IMG/VR virus record: IMGVR_UViG_3300005663_000032
DNA: 64,000 nucleotides
Source: an uncultured virus (IMG/VR IMGVR_UViG_3300005663_000032)
Lineage: Duplodnaviria; Heunggongvirae; Uroviricota; Caudoviricetes
Direction: 5' to 3' (one strand)
Shown in pieces: positions 60,712 to 64,000 of this stretch (positions are counted from its first letter, which is position 1; every line of letters starts with the position of its first letter). A program made the translations under genes and the position numbers. Under the pieces are notes generated by a model. The model did not search any database. It was not told the DNA's origin and saw nothing but the letters and a program-made list of their open reading frames with translations.

Positions 60712-61620
60712 TATTTCCTCTCTTAACTGAGAAGTCCGTGACTGGTGACAGTACGGCCCTCGCGAGAAGTCGTCCGGTTATGTGCGCCGGCTTATTAGGG
60801 AAAAAATAAGTGAGAAAATACAGGTAGAAACACGAAATACGAACTAGTCCTATCGATCGATCGATTTTAGTCCGTATAGGAATCCTGTCGCCCAATGAAT
60901 ATGAACAAGGTAAGGACAACCACTCATATGAGGGAAAAGAACACACTATTTACTTTAACTATAATTCGTCTCGGGGCAAACCGAGAAAACCGTAGTTGGC
61001 GACTTCTATGGGCCCGCGAAAGCGATCGCAGCGTAACGACTCAAGGGTAAAACAACATTGAGTTCAGTTCTAGACTGAAGAACGTTAATGTGCACATTAC
61101 ATACGGGAAAACAACGATTAATTCTCCATGAAGCATCAAAACTTCAACATAAATGGACGTAGTTCTGGGGGAATCTCAGAACAGAAGTGGAAAGGACGCC
61201 TTTCCGGAATCAGCGGAGATTCAAAACATTTTCTCCGTACAAAAAATAGAGGTCTTTCAAGAAGACCATGCCCCTGTGTTAATGAATGCACGGGCCACTA
61301 AATGATTCAGCCATTGACACCCTTACCATACCAATGGCAATTAAACAACTGAAACAAATAAGTTGATCTCTGCGGAGAACACACTTACGAGATATGAAGG
61401 TTGTTTGAAATAGTAACTTCGGTTATCTATTTCTACTATTGTGCTAAACTTGCACAGCCAGCCAATAGTGAGATAAACTCGATTAAGCAACAAGCAATGT
61501 CAGTATTTACATACAAGAGGACATCGAATTTACCGCTCAAAGAGTCTATTTCTTCACAAAAAGTGAGGCATTATTGAACCAAATACTTGTGAGTATTTTG
61601 CAATAATGGGCTGATAACGT
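60712..61620 (+). ncRNA. candidate large (~900 nt) structured non-coding RNA
   Basis: No + strand ORF of 60 aa or more; more than 15 hairpins incl. cUUCGg and GNRA loops; long-range helix; upstream promoter motif. Confidence 0.75.
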
Positions 61621-61631
61621 AGGCGTACGCT

Positions 61632-61859
61632 ATGAGAAGATCAGTAAAGAAATTAGATGAGTTTTATAAAGAACACAACGTGGTTGTGAACGGAGTACAA
61701 CTCGCAATAACATCAAGGCAACAGGAAATTGTAACGGCTTGCGTGGCCGAAAACGGATTCCAGTTGAAAGACATTAAAAAAGTCCGACAGATGGGTCATG
61801 GCAGTGTGGCAATCGATTTAATGATTGGCAAGACATTGTACACAGAGAACTCATCATAA
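61632..61859 (+). CDS. hypothetical protein
   Basis: 75-aa ORF directly after the structured region. Confidence 0.6.
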   Translation: MRRSVKKLDEFYKEHNVVVNGVQLAITSRQQEIVTACVAENGFQLKDIKKVRQMGHGSVAIDLMIGKTLYTENSS

Positions 61860-61955
61860 AACAATTCCATATCATAACAAACTAATTCGGTGGCCGAAAA
61901 GGCCACAGACAACTACTACGAACGTAGACACGAGTGAGCGGGCCTCACAGAATTC

Positions 61956-62270
61956 ATGACAGAATTCAACCGATTTCGCCCCTACGGGGCCCTAATTCAT
62001 ATGTGGTTCAGAAAAAGAAAAATCCAAAACAATACATATGTAGATTTAACTGATCCTGCATATCCTGTAATTCGAGTAAAAATTCCCGCAAAACAAATCG
62101 AATGGAAGTGGAAAAAGAATCGGCTTACTATTATAATCGATGGAGTTGATTATACTCCAAGTACAATAAAAAATATTCCTAATCTAAAAACACGAAATTT
62201 TATCAGAAACAAATTGCCAACTGTTATCGAATTAAACGCGATCGTTGACAGACTTTTAGCAACCCAATAA
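61956..62270 (+). CDS. hypothetical protein (repeat-flanked)
   Basis: Bounded by repeats. Confidence 0.65.
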   Translation: MTEFNRFRPYGALIHMWFRKRKIQNNTYVDLTDPAYPVIRVKIPAKQIEWKWKKNRLTIIIDGVDYTPSTIKNIPNLKTRNFIRNKLPTVIELNAIVDRLLATQ

Positions 62271-62334
62271 CAAATACACTCGAAAGAGCCTAATTAGCTT
62301 ATTAACAATAAGACCATTTGCAGGAGAAACAAAC

Positions 62335-62553
62335 ATGCCAATTGTAGACATAAATGATATTATCGGTGATGATGGCGAAGACACAATATCAATAGTGTTA
62401 GTCAGAACATTTGAATATGAAGGGCTTTCAAGAGTTCCATCAAAAATAAATTATTTTATTAATAATAAACCCGTGACTAAGAAAGAATTCAACGAGATGA
62501 ATGACGATATGAATGATCTTGCCGGAGTTCCTTCAAATGATAGCTACAAATAA
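62335..62553 (+). CDS. acidic hypothetical protein (repeat-flanked)
   Basis: CAGGAGAAACAAACATG leader. Confidence 0.65.
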   Translation: MPIVDINDIIGDDGEDTISIVLVRTFEYEGLSRVPSKINYFINNKPVTKKEFNEMNDDMNDLAGVPSNDSYK

Positions 62554-62627
62554 CAACACATGCCCGAAAAGGGCCTAATTAGCTTACTAACAATAAGACG
62601 CGCATACGCACTTGCAGGAGAAACAAA

Positions 62628-63449
62628 TTGACCGTTGAAGCAATCTCAGAACCTCTTTATAAGATCGTTCTGAAGAAATCACAAATCGAAGCAAATGGCA
62701 TCAGCCCGTTATTCAAAGGGCTTGCACTTGATAACCTTGAAATTGTTGAAGGTTATTCATATATGGATAAAGAAGAGTTTGTTCACAAATTCAGAAGATC
62801 CATTGTACACAATACAAAAACAGACGCTATTGATCCAAAAACAGGAAAAAAACCATATAAAAATCATATGTATTTTAATCCATGTCCTGACTCCGTTGGC
62901 AGATTCCAACGAAGAGATGGCAAATGGATTTATCCAAATGGACACAGAAATTGTATTGTACCACGCAGAATGTATCGAGCAGTTATTGTCACCCGTTTGG
63001 CTCCTCAGTTTCGTGAGATGCTAAACAAAGGTGAATTCAAAGGCTTGAGAGAGGCATATATTAATCCTCTTGTAAAAGTCGCAAGAATACTCCCCATGTT
63101 GATCAGACATGCAGACCCAGTTATTTATCGAAGACCAAACGACTTCACATTTATACCTGGATTTGAGGCAATTGAATGCAAGAAACATTATGGATTTAAG
63201 AAAAAAATAAATCTTACACATATGTTGAAATATGACCAAAATCTTGGAGAGGAAGAAAGAACATTCATCGATGATGAACTCAAGAAACTCCCTAAAATTT
63301 TGAAATGTGATGCAAAATGTACAAGTTTTAAAAACGTAAAATCCAGCGAGAGAAATTTTCTTAATAAATTGGCTCAGAGTCCAAACACACCAGATGCTTG
63401 GGTAGATCCAGAGATAAAAGATATTTTCTCAATCTCAATTTATTACTGA
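62628..63449 (+). CDS. hypothetical basic protein with scattered Cys/His
   Basis: TTG start after CAGGAGAAACAAA; 273 aa. Confidence 0.75.
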   Translation: MTVEAISEPLYKIVLKKSQIEANGISPLFKGLALDNLEIVEGYSYMDKEEFVHKFRRSIVHNTKTDAIDPKTGKKPYKNHMYFNPCPDSVGRFQRRDGKWIYPNGHRNCIVPRRMYRAVIVTRLAPQFREMLNKGEFKGLREAYINPLVKVARILPMLIRHADPVIYRRPNDFTFIPGFEAIECKKHYGFKKKINLTHMLKYDQNLGEEERTFIDDELKKLPKILKCDAKCTSFKNVKSSERNFLNKLAQSPNTPDAWVDPEIKDIFSISIYY

Positions 63450-63559
63450 AAAATTAGTGGATAGTCTTCTGCCACATTCAAGAGAGACATTACCTCACTT
63501 CTTACAAGAAGATTAATAACTTTTTTATATAATATAGAAATATAGAAATATAGAATTAT

Positions 63560-63682
63560 CGGGAGCTAGCTCAGTCAGGTAGAGCGCTTATAGTTCTTTT
63601 GAAATTTGATCCCTTACGGGCACACATCAGAATTTGGACATTGAGGATGTAGAGGTCATGGGTTCAAATCCCATTCTCCCGA
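63560..63682 (+). tRNA. tRNA-like gene with ~55-nt insert in a degenerate anticodon arm (identity not assignable)
   Basis: CGGGAG/CTCCCG acceptor, TAGCTCAGTCAGGTAGAGC D arm, ATGGG-TTCAAAT-CCCAT T arm. Confidence 0.75.
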
Positions 63683-63694
63683 ATATTTCACAAT

Positions 63695-63786
63695 GCTGGA
63701 GAATAATCATTCCTTCTCATTTAGATCCCGCAGGGGCACGATTTGGAATTTGGTACACTTGAAAGGTTCAATCCCTTTCTCCAGCG
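63695..63786 (+). ncRNA. tRNA-like RNA lacking the D arm, carrying the same insert
   Basis: GCTGGAG/CTCCAGC acceptor stem, AAAGG-TTCAATC-CCTTT T arm. Confidence 0.65.
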
Positions 63787-63797
63787 CTTTTTCACAA

Positions 63798-63835
63798 TGC
63801 TGTAGGATTCAAGACTTCGAACTCTTCCTATGGCA
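63798..63835 (+). ncRNA. minihelix-like hairpin with T-loop-like TTCGAAC
   Basis: TGCTGTAGGA/TCCTATGGCA stem; same TTTCACAATGCTG lead-in as the previous unit. Confidence 0.5.
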
Positions 63836-63848
63836 CTTTTTTATTTCA

Positions 63849-63934
63849 GCGAAGATGCATTTCATTCCTTTTCATTTAGATCCCGCAAGGGCACGATTTG
63901 GAATTTGGTTACAAAACTATCCCCGCATCTTCGC
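63849..63934 (+). ncRNA. stem-closed RNA with the same conserved insert
   Basis: Perfect 10-bp GCGAAGATGC/GCATCTTCGC stem; 45/47 nt identical to 63708-63754. Confidence 0.65.
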
Positions 63935-64000
63935 ATTATTTCGATCTAATTGATCCCCCTAACAGGTGGCATTAAACTATGGAAGAATTTTTAACACAAA

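Larger units (their letters stand above)
57583..62627 (+). repeat. dispersed intergenic structured repeat, ~10 copies
   Basis: Copies start at 57583, 58023, 58269, 58704, 59018, 59335, 60121 (partial), 61882 (variant), 62279, 62561; consensus GCCCGAAA(A)GGGC-CTAATT-AGCTTAYTAACAATAAGAC. Confidence 0.92.

Noticed and set aside
60702..60875. Group I intron R/S-like words (GCAGTGACTA, GATTTTAGTCC)
   Set aside because: The first lies upstream of the inferred transcript start; no P3/P4/P6 core or interrupted host gene could be built
60692..60946. 84-aa minus-strand ORF
   Set aside because: No protein features; lies antisense to the structured RNA
57583..62627. CRISPR array or integron attC array
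   Set aside because: Spacers are whole genes of variable length; no complementary RYYYAAC/GTTRRRY ends; no cas operon or integrase in the window
57583..62627. Hammerhead, twister or pistol ribozyme
   Set aside because: Core consensus (e.g. CUGANGA...GAAA) not found by eye; a novel ribozyme is not excluded
63531..63556. AATATAGA x3 upstream of the tRNA-like gene
   Set aside because: Short low-complexity repeat next to the TATA box; no independent evidence of function
63693..63953. 86-aa ORF
   Set aside because: Overlaps tRNA-like units; its internal similarity derives from the RNA repeat

Overview
AT-rich, gene-dense, mostly + strand segment with no ribosomal or core metabolic genes. It is best read as part of a large archaeal virus or extrachromosomal element; an Asgard/Heimdallarchaeia-like host is inferred from the surface-protein repeat style, not proven. 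Recognisable proteins: MCM helicase with a LAGLIDADG intein, Cas4-like nuclease, NUMOD4-HNH endonuclease, RusA-like resolvase, subtilisin, PrsW-type protease, an A32/FtsK-HerA-like P-loop ATPase, a JAB/MPN protein, many membrane proteins and very large repeat-rich surface proteins (832, 2010, 3657 aa). The most unusual part is the last 7 kb (57.3-64 kb), which is rich in non-coding RNA structure. (i) Small orphan ORFs are separated by about 10 copies of a structured motif (GAAA hairpin - CUAAUU - hairpin - YAGGA - start). (ii) A ~900-nt ORF-free stretch is densely structured and has its own promoter-like motif. (iii) A ~110-nt multibranch RNA shows CUAA loops. (iv) A tandem set of tRNA-derived scaffolds carries one conserved non-tRNA insert. 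Also seen: an exact 35-bp direct repeat bracketing the 18-kb adhesin block, a fixed-spacing AAACACATG promoter motif, and nested (Russian-doll) domain architectures. All family calls come from motif recognition by eye; no database search was run.
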